Notes: generated from the sequence alone by a model not told the origin. A stretch of DNA of 64,000 nucleotides from Candidatus Latescibacterota bacterium (GCA_965198115.1 OZ240241.1:6752001-6816000); one strand, 5' to 3'; shown: positions 28,677 through 40,240, counted from the stretch's first letter. Translations and numbers: made by a program.

Positions 28677-30187
28677 CGTGCGCGAAAGTTGGCGGGTGTT
28701 CGGTGTTCAGCTGTTGCCGGCTTTGCCTGATTGCCTGTTGCTGTCTTCTGTCCTCTGGTCACGCGTGGGGTACCGGCGGACAGGTCGTCAGAGAAATCGA
28801 AATTGTTGGTCTTACCCGCACGCGACCTGAGGTCGTGATGCGGGAGTTGCTTTTCGGGCCCGGAGATCGGTTGTCTGCGTCGGTTGTCGACGAGACGGCA
28901 AGGAATCTCCGGGCGCTTCTGTTTTTGGGAGAGATCGACGTCCGTACCACGAGAGTTGATGCGGATACCGTCGACGTCACCGTCTCCGTTCGAGATCTGC
29001 ATTCAAGGGCGGTGACACCCCTGCTGTCGGGCGAGCCGGATGAACTGAGTTACGGGATAGTCGGGCTCGATTACAATCTTCTTGGATCCGGCCAGGTGCT
29101 CCAGTTGACGGGAAGACACGATGCCGTAACCGGCAACGGGGGAGAGATCTTTTATCGGGCACCGCGATGGCTGGGGTCGCGTTCAGGAATCACAGGGGTC
29201 GTCGGGTTCGGGGGTGAAGGCTATGACCTATCCATCCGTTTGGCCCGCCCGTTTTACCGATTAGCCGAACGATGGTCTTATGGCGTGAGCGCGAGTGGAA
29301 GCCGTTCGTTGGTGCGGCTCTACTCCGGACAGACCGAAACCGAACGGTATCAGGCGGACCGATTCGACACGATCGCTCGCGTGACTGGATCGTGGGGTGA
29401 TCGCGTGAAGATCAGACCCGGTGTGCAGATGTCTTTCGCGTATCGCCGATTCGATCCCGAGGCTGGCTTCAGCTATGCTCCCGAGGACCGTCGGCGGTCG
29501 ACTGCACTCGCAACGCTGACAATCTGGCGCCCGGTCTACGAGCACGTTCGCTACTACCGCTCCCTCGGACGCGTGGAGGATGTGCAAACAGGCAGCTGGG
29601 CGCAGATCTGGATCGGTGGGGCAGATGCGGCGATCGGTTCCGATCGGTCCTACGGCGTCTTGGGCGCGAGAATCGTTCCCCGGTTGGCCGTGGGCAAAGG
29701 ACGTTACCTGTTCGCGTCATTCGGTTTCAGCGGGCGTGTCAGTGGTGGTGGGCTGTGGCAGCGGCACGCTTCAGCCGAGGCCTTTGGCCATTGGAAGATC
29801 GAGGAGACGCACGCGGTTGCAATTCGGGGCAGAGCCGATGCCGTCTCGAGAACGGAGGACCGTACCCAACTGTTATTGGGACCCGAGCAGGGGCTGCGCG
29901 GGTATGCCTTGCGAAGGTTCGCAGGGACCCGGCGTTACGTCGTGAACGTGGAGGGACGAGTGACGTTGGTCCGACGACCGACCTTTACGGCGGGAGCCGT
30001 CGGGTTCGTGGATGGGGGTCGGGCGTGGTCGAGGGGGTCGGCGAAACGCGCGGTATGGGCTGCTGGATTCGGCGGACGGCTGGGGCTGTCGCGGGTCTAC
30101 GGTGCTCCCGTCATGAGAGCGGATCTGGGATACGGCTTCGAGGATCGGGCCTGGGTGTTGTTCGTTGGGTTGGGTCAGTATTTCTGA
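28649..30187 (+). CDS. Omp85/BamA-TamA-like outer-membrane protein with a POTRA domain (start uncertain)
   Basis: I.I.GL.RTR..V..REL POTRA pattern; GLRGY; FVDGG; C-terminal GQYF. Confidence 0.85.
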   Translation: MGDAIADAVACAKVGGCSVFSCCRLCLIACCCLLSSGHAWGTGGQVVREIEIVGLTRTRPEVVMRELLFGPGDRLSASVVDETARNLRALLFLGEIDVRTTRVDADTVDVTVSVRDLHSRAVTPLLSGEPDELSYGIVGLDYNLLGSGQVLQLTGRHDAVTGNGGEIFYRAPRWLGSRSGITGVVGFGGEGYDLSIRLARPFYRLAERWSYGVSASGSRSLVRLYSGQTETERYQADRFDTIARVTGSWGDRVKIRPGVQMSFAYRRFDPEAGFSYAPEDRRRSTALATLTIWRPVYEHVRYYRSLGRVEDVQTGSWAQIWIGGADAAIGSDRSYGVLGARIVPRLAVGKGRYLFASFGFSGRVSGGGLWQRHASAEAFGHWKIEETHAVAIRGRADAVSRTEDRTQLLLGPEQGLRGYALRRFAGTRRYVVNVEGRVTLVRRPTFTAGAVGFVDGGRAWSRGSAKRAVWAAGFGGRLGLSRVYGAPVMRADLGYGFEDRAWVLFVGLGQYF

Positions 30188-30198
30188 CTCGGGCGAAT

Positions 30199-31398
30199 CT
30201 ATGATGTCAGACGAAAAACAGAGCTTGCGATGTGACGCGTACCGCCGAGCCCGTTCCCGTCGTCCTGCATATAGTAGTAGGCGGTGAAAATGCGGCCATC
30301 GTCCAATTCCGTCGCTACGGGATACCCGATGTCCCAATCACTGGCGTCTGCTCGGATCACCGCTTCGGCAGACCACGTTTCCCCGTCATCATCGCTCACG
30401 ATGAGACCAATCCCGAACGGCGGATGACGACGCCCGAAGATGACGACGATCCGGCCGTCCCGCAGCAACAACGGCCACGGAGACCGGTAGAGAGGGCCGT
30501 TTCGACGGGCGCCAGGCCAGGCGTGATCGCGTGTCAGCGTGGTCCAGGGCGATTGGCCCCACGCAACAATGGGCTGCGGGAAACTCCAGCTGTATCCGCC
30601 ATCGTCGGAGTGGCACATCTGAATGGCGTTATGAATCCCACCGATGTTCAGCATGTAGCACTGGAGACGACCCGTTGGCAGCAGCAGCAATGCGCCGTAG
30701 GTGGGTCTTCCGAGACCCGTCGGATCGCGAGCGATTTCGGCGATGGGTTTCCACACGAGGCCATTGTCATCGGTACCGTAGACGACCAGGGCAGAGGTAA
30801 AGGGGGAAGGTCCGCAACTGGCGACCACGAGCTGTGTGGCATCGTCGAACTTTACAGGAGGGGCGCCGTCGACGTGCACGTAGTTCATTCGCGAGGGCGG
30901 GGAGACACGCGTGGGCACGCGTTCCCAGGTGCGGCCTCGGTCGGCGGAGCGGAAAGCGAAACATTCGATTGTCGGATCACCCTCAGTTCCCCGCGGACCG
31001 GTGGCGGGTCTAGCGAAGTAAACCAAGGCGTCTGAGCTGCTGAGATCGATCGTCTCGCGGGATACGTCGTGGTCGGCCACGCCCAGGATGGCGCGTTTCT
31101 CGTCCAGCGGTAAGGAATCGTCCCAGATCACGACCTCGTGTTTCGAGGGCCACGTCTCGCCGTGGTCGAGAGATCGTTGAAGGAAAATCTTTGCCCGCCC
31201 TTTGTAGCCGGACATGCCGTGCCCGACGTCGGTTCGCGCAGCGTATGCGCACGGGGCGTGGTGGTGGATCACCGTGATCTCACCATTCCCGAAGTTCCCG
31301 ATCGGGCATTGGCGAGGGTGCGCGCACATCCGATCCTGGCTATAGCAGAGCTTTTTGCCGTGACGGACGTCGGCAATTGCGCCCACCGGGCGCTTCAT
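30199..31398 (-). CDS. BNR/Asp-box beta-propeller (sialidase-like)
   Basis: Five SxDxGxTW-type repeats; DIGYP. Confidence 0.85.
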   Translation of the reverse strand: MKRPVGAIADVRHGKKLCYSQDRMCAHPRQCPIGNFGNGEITVIHHHAPCAYAARTDVGHGMSGYKGRAKIFLQRSLDHGETWPSKHEVVIWDDSLPLDEKRAILGVADHDVSRETIDLSSSDALVYFARPATGPRGTEGDPTIECFAFRSADRGRTWERVPTRVSPPSRMNYVHVDGAPPVKFDDATQLVVASCGPSPFTSALVVYGTDDNGLVWKPIAEIARDPTGLGRPTYGALLLLPTGRLQCYMLNIGGIHNAIQMCHSDDGGYSWSFPQPIVAWGQSPWTTLTRDHAWPGARRNGPLYRSPWPLLLRDGRIVVIFGRRHPPFGIGLIVSDDDGETWSAEAVIRADASDWDIGYPVATELDDGRIFTAYYYMQDDGNGLGGTRHIASSVFRLTS

Positions 31399-32240
31399 TG
31401 CCGCACCAGTTTCTTCAACAGGTTGCTCGCCTCGGCCATCTCCCCATCGGGCCCAGGGGCAACGACACCCGTCCAGTAAATACTGCCTGTCGAGTCGATA
31501 CAGGTCGCGTGCCCTCGGATGTCGATCGACTGGGCCACTTTCCTGCCGTCCAGGTCGAAGAAACAGTCACCGGCAAGCACGCGATCTTCCTCGTCGAAAT
31601 TGATGTCAGGAGGCTTCAAAGCATGCCATTCTTCGATGAACCGGCCATCCTCGTCGAAAATCTGAACGCGGCCGTTCTCCCGGTCTGCTACGAGAACACG
31701 ATCGAGTGGGTCGATGTTGATGCCGTGGGGGAGTGCGAATTCACCGGGTCCGGTTCCTTCCGAGCCCCACGAGCAGATACGTTCCCCGTTTCGTGAGAAG
31801 CGATGGATGCGGAACTGTCCGTAGCCATCTGAGACGAAAATGTCGCCACCAGGGTTGGCAGCAGCCATAGTCGGTCGGTTGAACGGCATATCTGGGGCGC
31901 CGACCTGACCACGCTCCCCGAGCGTCATAACCAATTCACCATCTGTCGTAAACTGATGAATCAAATGATCTTCGATGTCGGTGATGAAGATCTCGTCCTC
32001 GCGGTTGATCTTGATTCCGTGGATGCCCCCGACCTTTTGGAACACTTCCTTACCCTAGGAGGTGATGAAATCACCATAGGGGTCGAAAACCAGGACGGAT
32101 GGAACGGGCTGCCGTGTCGCGATGTAGATCTGATCCTGCGTGTCTACGGCGATTCCGTTGATCACGCCGAATTCGGATCCGAACGATTCGCGACCCCAGT
32201 CTTCGTCGACTTCGTATCTGGCGATCCCGATGTCCACCAT
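31395..32240 (-). CDS. NHL-repeat protein (peptidyl-alpha-hydroxyglycine lyase-like) with an in-frame TAG at 32055-32057
   Basis: FNRPT, VSDGYG, GEFALPHGI, VADRENGRVQIF; S*G where SWG is expected. Confidence 0.85.
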
Positions 32241-32320
32241 CGCAAAGAGTCCTTATCATGGGTGACCGGAGTGATCCAAAATCCCAACGATCCACGAAAG
32301 AACGACACTGAGGTGAAGAA

Positions 32321-33301
32321 ATGAAACTGGCTATTTCTGGTGGGATGGACGATGAAACTCTGACTTTCGGACGTCAACTCGGCGCGACGGATGTGGTCGG
32401 AGGGGCCCACGAACTACCGAAGGATCGAGGCTACTTCGATTTCCACGATTTGATGTTGCAACGGCAGAAGATCGAGGACGCGGGATTGCGCTGGGCTGCT
32501 CTGGAGGGCGTGCCCGCGGAGTGGTTCGACAAGATCAAGTTGGGATTGCCTGGGAGGGACGAGCAGATAGAGAACTGGTGCAAAAGCCTGCGGAATATGG
32601 GTGCCGCAGGTATTCCCGTGCTGGGCTACTTCTTTTCGCTGAGGTCCAGGCCCGGCAATCTCGGACTCAGGACATCAAAAAGCACACTCGGTCGTGGCGG
32701 AGCCGTTGTGACGAGTTTCGACTACGAACTGATCAAGGGTGCGAAAGGGGACTATTGGGATCCACCCGTCACGCACGCGGATGAGATCACGGACGAAGAG
32801 ATCTGGGCGAATCACGAATACTTTCTGAAGGCGGTGATTCCGGTCGCGGAGGAGGCGGGGGTCAAGATGGGTTTGCATCCGGACGATCCACCGATTTCCC
32901 CGATCGCGGGTGTAGCTCGCGTGTTTAGGAGCCACGAGGCATTGCAGCGCCATATCGAGACCGTGCCGAGCGACTACAATGGACTCGGGTTTTGCCACGG
33001 CACGATTTCGGAAATGGAAGGTGACGTCAAAGATGCGATTAAGTACTTCGGCGAGCGGAAGAAAATCTACTATGTGCACTTCCGGAGCGTGTCCGGAAGG
33101 GTACCCGCCTTTTCGGAGACGTTTATCGATGAGGGCCACGCAGACGTGCGCGAGTCGATGAAGGTCTTCAAGGGGGTGGGTTTCGACGGGGCGATGATCG
33201 ACGATCACGTACCGAAACTTGTCGTGGATACGGAGAAATCACACGCGGCGCACGCCTACGCACTGGGCTACATGAAATCGTTGTTAGATGCGGTGAGATA
33301 G
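32321..33301 (+). CDS. uxuA: Mannonate dehydratase (UxuA) family protein
   Basis: IKLGLPGRDEQIE, HPDDPP, FCHG, VHFR, FIDEG, DHVP. Confidence 0.88.
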   Translation: MKLAISGGMDDETLTFGRQLGATDVVGGAHELPKDRGYFDFHDLMLQRQKIEDAGLRWAALEGVPAEWFDKIKLGLPGRDEQIENWCKSLRNMGAAGIPVLGYFFSLRSRPGNLGLRTSKSTLGRGGAVVTSFDYELIKGAKGDYWDPPVTHADEITDEEIWANHEYFLKAVIPVAEEAGVKMGLHPDDPPISPIAGVARVFRSHEALQRHIETVPSDYNGLGFCHGTISEMEGDVKDAIKYFGERKKIYYVHFRSVSGRVPAFSETFIDEGHADVRESMKVFKGVGFDGAMIDDHVPKLVVDTEKSHAAHAYALGYMKSLLDAVR

Positions 33302-33312
33302 AGAGATTGGTT

Positions 33313-34200
33313 ATGACGGACGCAGAACTAGCCGAGTACGAAGAGAACGGCGCGGTGACGATCGATGGGCCGCTCTCGGATGAGGAGCTTGACAGAGCGG
33401 AAGCAGCCTGGGATCGGATCAAGGCGAATGGGGAAAAGCCCTACGACGACCCGGACTACGTAGACGTCGTGCAGCATCCGTACTTCGAGGAGGTGGCGAA
33501 GAAGGTCCTGCGTGCGGAGTCGGTTCACCTGTGGTGGGGGCTGTCGCCTCACGAGCGGCCACCGTGGAACAAGCCGTTCGACAGCGCGCGAGATCAGTGG
33601 GGAAACGGATGCCACGTAGACATCCAGGCGACGTGGGAGGACTTTCAGGCTACGCCGCGCCGGATGTGAGCAGAGCTATGGTTTTGGGTGAACGAGGTTC
33701 CGCGTGATCGGGGGGCGATGCGCATTTTGCCTGGGAGTCACAAACCGATTATGAAACACTGGAGCCGAATCCTGACGCCGGACCACAAGAAGATGCTGCC
33801 GCGCGTTCACGGCATCCGTCCGGAGCCGAAGGAAGGGGCCGCAGCCTTTCCCGAGCACTTACCGGACCTGATCGATACGCCGTGGCTGCAGCAGGAGCCA
33901 GTTCCCTACGCCGCCAGGCGGGGTCAGGTTCTTGTGCTGTGCAGTGGGGGACTACACTCCGCTTGGCAGAATTGGGACACCGTGCCCCGAAAGGGGATGG
34001 GGACATCGTGGGCGGCGACGGGTGTAAACTGCGGACTGCCCAGGAACCAACGGGAAGATGTCATCGCCTACCACAAGGCACTGCGACCCAAGCTGCGTCC
34101 CGACCGTGCCCACATCGTGCCGGACCACTCGGACTGGGTCTTCGAGACGGACTACGAACCCAAGTGGCCGGAGATGTTTCTACCTACTCATTCAGCGTAG
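33313..34200 (+). CDS. PhyH-like Fe(II)/2OG dioxygenase with an in-frame TGA at 33667-33669
   Basis: YEENG, HVD, GAMRILPGSH, LHSA; ORFs 33307 and 33688 are in the same frame. Confidence 0.8.
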
Positions 34201-34226
34201 CAGATCCGTCCCCACCCGTCCCTGCC

Positions 34227-35093
34227 CTAATTCACGAGCTCCAACCGTTTGGGCAGCGAATCGTGAAACGCTGTAATACTTGGGAAATGGTTGCCCAGGG
34301 AGTGTCGTGAATGTTTGGGCTCCGGCACGCGATAGAATACGTGTGTGGTGCCTCGGGATCGTTCCGTCTTCCGAACCGATCCACAGTGATAGCTCGCCTG
34401 GTTGAACACGAGCGCCGAACCGGCTGGCGCGTGAACATCCACCCGCCCGATCAGCCTGGGGAAATCACGTCCAAATGCGTCCAGCCACGTCGGCTTCTCA
34501 GGATCGACATACGCGCCTCCGTCGTCGATCCGTAAGACGTCCTTGCCCCACGAATTGTCGGCGTCTCTCACCTTCGGAAACTGACGTTTGGTCTCGGCGC
34601 TTTCGGGGATGATGCTGCTGCAGTGGATGGCCGGGTCCGTGTCGTCCATGTTGTAGATGACCTGAATGCCCGGCGTGTAGTAATCATTGTCGTCCGCGCC
34701 CTCGACAATCCCTGAGTATTCACGATGCCAATTCCTCGACAGTGCGAGCGGGTCATCGCCGTCGATGTCCTCTGGTGGATCGGCGTGACAGGGTTCGCGC
34801 CGCATGAAACTCAGGTTGCAGAACTGGGCGTCTTCTCCGAGGATACGCTTTACGAGAGGTACGACGGACGGATGGTTGGGAATCCCGTCCAACGCGTCCG
34901 TCCTGTGCATAAGACCCGGAGCGCCACTGCCGACGGAGATAAAGCCCGGACGTGGACCTGGCTCCCACTCCTTCGGGTTCGCGGCTTGGTCAGCAGCGAT
35001 CCCATCGTTCACCCTGTCGACTTCATCGGGCGACAGCGCGCGCTCGATGATCACAAACCCGTTCTCCTTGAAGTGCCTCAGCAAGTCTTCCAT
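34227..35093 (-). CDS. PhyH-like dioxygenase
   Basis: FKENGFVII, WHRE, IIPES, AGSALVF..YHCG. Confidence 0.8.
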   Translation of the reverse strand: MEDLLRHFKENGFVIIERALSPDEVDRVNDGIAADQAANPKEWEPGPRPGFISVGSGAPGLMHRTDALDGIPNHPSVVPLVKRILGEDAQFCNLSFMRREPCHADPPEDIDGDDPLALSRNWHREYSGIVEGADDNDYYTPGIQVIYNMDDTDPAIHCSSIIPESAETKRQFPKVRDADNSWGKDVLRIDDGGAYVDPEKPTWLDAFGRDFPRLIGRVDVHAPAGSALVFNQASYHCGSVRKTERSRGTTHVFYRVPEPKHSRHSLGNHFPSITAFHDSLPKRLELVN

Positions 35094-35129
35094 CGTGTCT
35101 TCCTCCTCGCGGCTATCGTTGACTCCGTG

Positions 35130-36227
35130 TTAGTTCGTATCGGTGTACTTGTGCAGCACCGCCTCGTCGATTTCGACGCCCAGCCCGGGACGGTCGGGGA
35201 TGGGCATCATACCGTCTTCCAATTCGAAGGGGATCCGTGACAGCTCGGTCCTCAGGCCGTTTTCCATGACGTCCAGCTCCAGGTAGAGCGGAAGCGTGTC
35301 CTCAGCGTCCGGATCGACGGGTATGGTGGCCATCCACTGGAGCGTCGCAGCGAGCCGGACGACAGCGCCGAAGTAGTGCGGCAGAATCGGGATCCGATTC
35401 GCCCAAGCAAGGGCCCAGACCCGACGGCACTCGGTAAACCCACCCGCGATGCTGATGTCGGGCTGGAGGATGTCCATGGCTTGGCGTTCGACAACCTCCT
35501 GGAACGACCTGACGCCGACGCGGCCCTCGGCTCCAGAGATTCGCATAGGCAGCGCCTCGCGCAGCCGGCAGTAGCCGTCCAGATCGTCCCTGGGTATGGG
35601 TTCCTCGTACCAGAGCGGGTCGAGGTCGGCGAGCCTCTTGCCCGCCTCGATCGCGGTCTCCACATCATCGTACCCTTGGTTGACGTCCGCCGCAAGGCCC
35701 ATATCATCACCCGCTCCCTTTCGCATGGCGGTGAGTATCTGTGGGTCGTAGTCCGGGCCGAACCCGATACGGGCCTTCAGCGCGCCGAAACCCAGATCGC
35801 GACAGCGACGGGCCTCCTCGGCCAGATCCTGGAAGTGATCCAGGCCCTCGCGCTGGAAGAATCCGCTGGCATAGGCGGGTACGCTCTTCCGCCGGGCGCC
35901 CCCCAACAGCTGGTAGACCGGCTTGTCGAGGGCCTTTCCCATCAGGTCCCACAGGGCGATCTCGATGGCGCACGCCTTGTTTCCCTCGCGACCGTTGTCG
36001 CTCAGGGTGTCGTAGACCAGCTCGTAGTCGAAGGGATTCGCGCCGATCACGTGATTGGCGATCGCTTCTTCCGAGGGTACGCCGCCCTCACCCCAACCAA
36101 TGAGCCCGCTATCGGTGCGGACCTCGACGAGGGTCGCGGGGCGTGCTCGCATCCAGAAGCGACAGTTCCGGTAAGGCCGCTGGACGGGGAAGGAAAGCTT
36201 GTGCGTGATGACTTCTGTGATCTTCAT
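35130..36227 (-). CDS. Mandelate racemase/muconate lactonizing (enolase superfamily) enzyme
   Basis: GWGE, EIALWDLMGK, DVNQ, WYEEP, GAE, QPD, PGLG. Confidence 0.92.
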   Translation of the reverse strand: MKITEVITHKLSFPVQRPYRNCRFWMRARPATLVEVRTDSGLIGWGEGGVPSEEAIANHVIGANPFDYELVYDTLSDNGREGNKACAIEIALWDLMGKALDKPVYQLLGGARRKSVPAYASGFFQREGLDHFQDLAEEARRCRDLGFGALKARIGFGPDYDPQILTAMRKGAGDDMGLAADVNQGYDDVETAIEAGKRLADLDPLWYEEPIPRDDLDGYCRLREALPMRISGAEGRVGVRSFQEVVERQAMDILQPDISIAGGFTECRRVWALAWANRIPILPHYFGAVVRLAATLQWMATIPVDPDAEDTLPLYLELDVMENGLRTELSRIPFELEDGMMPIPDRPGLGVEIDEAVLHKYTDTN

Positions 36228-36323
36228 CAGGATCCAGATTCTCCTGTGACACGTTATCTTCAAGGTAGGGAATTAACAGTGTGTGGATTCGCGGGGCAAG
36301 GGGCAGCGCAGGAAGTGAGGTGA

Positions 36324-36353
36324 CGTAGGGACGGTTCGCGAACCGTCCCTACG
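36324..36353. repeat. GTAG-type REP palindrome
   Basis: CGTAGGGACGGTTCGCGAACCGTCCCTACG is a perfect palindrome. Confidence 0.85.
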
Positions 36354-36376
36354 GATGTGGTGGCTATACCACCCGG

Positions 36377-37525
36377 ATGATTACGATGAATCTCTCAGAT
36401 CCCAGACTAACTGCCCTCTACAGACGCTGCGTCGATCGGTGCCTTCCGTTCTGGTACGACCACGGCGTGGACTACGAGCTGGGTGGGTTCTTTGGCGACG
36501 TGCAGGACGACGGGTCGTTGGGCAGCGACGCCAAGGGCGGATGGTATCAGGGGTTCGGGATCTGGCTGTTCGCCTACTACCACAACAATTGGCCGGAGCG
36601 GGAGCGCTACCTGGAAGCAGCCAGACGTGGGTGGCACTTCATGCGGGACCACGGTCGGGATGCGGACGGATACTGGGCGATGAACCTCTCACGAGACGGC
36701 GAGATTCTGGAAGGTGCGACGAGCGTCCTGACCGATGCCTACCTCGCACACGGGCTGGTCGAGCTCTACAAGGCGGATCCCGGTGAGGGCTATCTCGAAA
36801 TCGCCCGCGAAATGCTTGTGCAGGTGAGGGAGCGAATCCTTCGACCCGACTTCTGTCTTTCAGCACCCTCCTACACGGAACCACACAGTCTGAATGGTGG
36901 GTGGTGTACTGTGCTTCTTCCGGTCTCGGACTTTCTGCGTGTGTCTCCGGATGACGCCGAGATGAGCGAGATGGAGGATCTGTGTCTAGACGCCATTCTC
37001 GAGAAGCATTTCGACCCGAAGACAGGCCTGATCATCGAGGCGGTTGCGCCGGACGGGACACCCTACACCGGAAGACAACGCAACCTCGTAAAGCCGGGCG
37101 CGGCAGCCGAGTCGTGTACGGCGGTGATGATGGCAGCGGACAGGAGAGACGATCGAGGCCTGAGGAGACGGGCGGCGGAGATCGTGCGCGCACACTTTGA
37201 AGCGGCTTGGGATCCGGAATCCGGCGGGATCTTCTACGAGATTGATCTGGAGGGGAATCCCACTGACGATCGGAAGGCCGCGTGGGCCCAGGCCGAATTC
37301 ATGCGCGGGATTATGACGGCCAGCGTGTCGGAGTCCGACGGGTGGATCAGCGAAGCCTACGAGCGGGTCCACAGCTGGGCGTTCGAGACCTACGCCGATG
37401 GATCAGATGATCTGTGGCGACTCTCCGTGACCAGGGACCTGACGCCCCTGTTCGACCGGAAGCTCGACATGGTGCACCATCCAAGGATGCTGCTGGCGAT
37501 TTTTCGGATTCTGGAAACGACATAA
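36377..37525 (+). CDS. AGE-family epimerase/isomerase (N-acylglucosamine 2-epimerase-like)
   Basis: LPFW..HGVD..GGFF, K..WYQG, AWDPESGGIFY, K..W.QAE, HHPR. Confidence 0.85.
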   Translation: MITMNLSDPRLTALYRRCVDRCLPFWYDHGVDYELGGFFGDVQDDGSLGSDAKGGWYQGFGIWLFAYYHNNWPERERYLEAARRGWHFMRDHGRDADGYWAMNLSRDGEILEGATSVLTDAYLAHGLVELYKADPGEGYLEIAREMLVQVRERILRPDFCLSAPSYTEPHSLNGGWCTVLLPVSDFLRVSPDDAEMSEMEDLCLDAILEKHFDPKTGLIIEAVAPDGTPYTGRQRNLVKPGAAAESCTAVMMAADRRDDRGLRRRAAEIVRAHFEAAWDPESGGIFYEIDLEGNPTDDRKAAWAQAEFMRGIMTASVSESDGWISEAYERVHSWAFETYADGSDDLWRLSVTRDLTPLFDRKLDMVHHPRMLLAIFRILETT

Positions 37526-37539
37526 GGGAGGGGCGATCG

Positions 37540-38974
37540 ATGCAGACGTATACAATCTCGCGCGATGACCGCTACCACGAGGCGTGGCGCAGCTTCGACA
37601 ATGGGCTCACCTGGACCGGTCCGGAGCGGACCGGGTGCCTCACGACCAGCCTGAATGTTCGGCAGATCAGCGATGGGACCCTCTTCCTTTCGGGGACCCA
37701 TTTTCACTGTGAGGGATTGAACGAAGATCAGGTCCTTTACCAGTCTGTGGACAACGGTCACACGTGGTCGGACGCGATTCCGGTGATCGAACAGTTCGGG
37801 GCGATCACGGGCGAGGGCGATCTGGTCGAGATGCCGAGTGGTGAGTTGGTCGCTTACGTACGGAGTGATGACAACCCGTCAGGTGTAGGCCTAAAGTCGA
37901 TTTCGACGGATGGAGGGCTGACCTGGGACGGACCCTATGCAGCCGGCTACTGGCCGACGAGCGGCCGTATCAACGCGGGTCTCCTGTCGACTGGAGAGGT
38001 AATGGTGACGCACCGCGTCGGGGGGTTTCATCCTCAGGCGTGGTTCGGCTACTTCATCGAAGAGCCGGAGATGGCGCTGGAACGAATCCCGAACGATCCG
38101 GAAGCCAGGCTGAATCCACCGGCCAGCGTCTGGGGCATGATCGACAACGACACGAGCCTGTACGCCGATCACGGATATGGCGATTGGGTCGAGTTGCCGA
38201 ACGGAGATGTCTATGTCGTGAACTATATCGTCGACGATGCACCCGAGGACCGGCCACAGATCCGAGGCTATCGCCTCACGCGAGACGATCTGGCCCGTAA
38301 GCAGGAGCGCAAGTTGCTGATCGACTTCGGTGCACCCGCCTACAAGCGTGGCAAACTCGCTGGCCAGGCAGGGTGGGTGCAGCAGCGCCCGGAGCTATGG
38401 GGCACGACGGAATGGCTCGAGGATCCGGGAGCTGGCTATCTAGGCAATTACGTCGTCGTGGATCAGACGCAGGGGAACGGCTCAGGTGACTTCTTGATTA
38501 CGGGTTCGCGAAACCGGGGTGGAAATGAAGAGGTCGTTCGACGAGATGTCGGTCCCTACGATCTCTTGCGAGAGGATGTAGAGGTGACGTTGACTCACAG
38601 AGGGAGGCAGCGTGTCGCGCTCGTCCGCCTGGCGGATGAGCGGTCCAACACGATTGTCGAGCTTCGTAGCGACCACGTTTACGATCACCTGTGGGCACGG
38701 GATCAACGAAGCTTCTTCTATCACTCAGGAATCGAGGCGGGAGACACCTGGTGGGAAAACCCGGTTCCTATTGAAAGGCGATCGCGTGGAAGTTTCGACG
38801 GCAGCCGTAGGTGACGTCGCGGACGGCCCGTGGGCGGTCATCGAGCCGGACGACCGTTACGAGCGCTCGACGACGCTCTGTGCGGTAGTCGCTGCCCTTG
38901 GTGACGAGGGCGGATTCTATATCGATCGATTGACCGCTAGAGTCGTGCGCTCGAAAACCGAGTCGGATACCTGA
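37540..38974 (+). CDS. BNR/Asp-box sialidase-like protein with a C-terminal extra domain (frameshift near 38760)
   Basis: SFDNGLTW, SVDNGHTW, STDGGLTW, DHGYG. Confidence 0.8.
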
Positions 38975-38987
38975 GCAGGGGAACGCG

Positions 38988-40001
38988 TCAGGCCGCGTCG
39001 ATGGCTTGCATCGCGGCGTGAATGTAACCGTAGGAATAGGCGTATCCGACCTCTCGTGGTGCGGGCCCCGAGAGTCCCGGCACGTGATCGGGCATGATCA
39101 TGTACTCGTAGCCGACTTCTTTGTAGACCCGTAGCGCCTTGATCATGTCGATGTCTCCCTCATCGGGAAAGACCTCCACGAAATCGTTGAGCCTGCCCTT
39201 GATGTTTCGAAAGTGCACGTTGAAGATCTTCTTTCGCTCCCCGAAATAACGGATGACGTCGAAGATGTCTTCAGCAGGATTCTCGAGCGCCTCCGACATG
39301 CAGCCCTGGCAGAAGTTCAGTCCGTTGTAGTCGCTCGGGACGAGATCGATCAGTTTCTCGAAGCCTTCTGCCATGCCAAGGGGACGTCCAACCCCGCGAT
39401 AGGTCTTGCCGAGGCCGATGCCCGGGTCCTGTGGATGGCAGGCCAGCTGGACCTCGTACTCCTCGGCGACGGGGATGACGCGCTGTAGGAAATATTCGAT
39501 GCGTTCCCAGAGCGTGTCGTCGTCCGCCACACCTCCTTCATAGTCGCCCCTTGACTGGTCGAGTTTCTCGTATTGAAACGTCGAGACGGATGCGCCCCCG
39601 CGGCCCGTGGTCGGCTCCGTTCGCATGTGTCCCTGGACGCTGATGTTGTAGTTCATCGACCGGATACCGCCTTGACCCGCTAGGCGGATGCAGTCGCAGA
39701 TGCCGTCGAGGGCACGCTCGCGCTCGTCGCTCGGGCCGAGCCAGATGGCCCCCGCATAGTTGTCATTGGACGGCCTGTCGAGGTTTCGGAGGAAGGCGGG
39801 TCGTCCGCGTAACGGCAGCCAGAGCATTTCGAGTCGAACATCGCACTTGCCGTAGTATTCGTGGAGCTGGCCGATGATGTCTGGCGACCACTCTGTCCAC
39901 GGCGTTTCCTGAGCCGCCAGCCCGTGACCGACGCCTACCACGCCGAGTTGAGCCAGGACCTGGGGGTCGGTGTCTGCGTTCGCCTTCGTTCCCAAATACA
40001 T
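38988..40001 (-). CDS. uxuA: Mannonate dehydratase (UxuA) family protein, second divergent paralog
   Basis: HPQDP, NFCQG, NVHFRNIKG, FPDEG, MPDHVP. Confidence 0.85.
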   Translation of the reverse strand: MYLGTKANADTDPQVLAQLGVVGVGHGLAAQETPWTEWSPDIIGQLHEYYGKCDVRLEMLWLPLRGRPAFLRNLDRPSNDNYAGAIWLGPSDERERALDGICDCIRLAGQGGIRSMNYNISVQGHMRTEPTTGRGGASVSTFQYEKLDQSRGDYEGGVADDDTLWERIEYFLQRVIPVAEEYEVQLACHPQDPGIGLGKTYRGVGRPLGMAEGFEKLIDLVPSDYNGLNFCQGCMSEALENPAEDIFDVIRYFGERKKIFNVHFRNIKGRLNDFVEVFPDEGDIDMIKALRVYKEVGYEYMIMPDHVPGLSGPAPREVGYAYSYGYIHAAMQAIDAA

Positions 40002-40240
40002 TTCAATCTCCGTCGTCTTAAGGGGTCGATGATTCGCCAGTCCGTCTCTCACCCAATCAGCAAACGAGCAGGTCGGTGTTAAACAAAGTGATGAATACGA
40101 CGGAAAGACGAAAGGACTAACGATGATAGCCATGCTGTTGGCAGACCCTGGTCACCTGAATATCATGACCACCTGAGATACTGGGAAACGCGGCTATCCA
40201 GACGGCATTTTTGAACAGACCAGACAAGATGGGACGGCAT

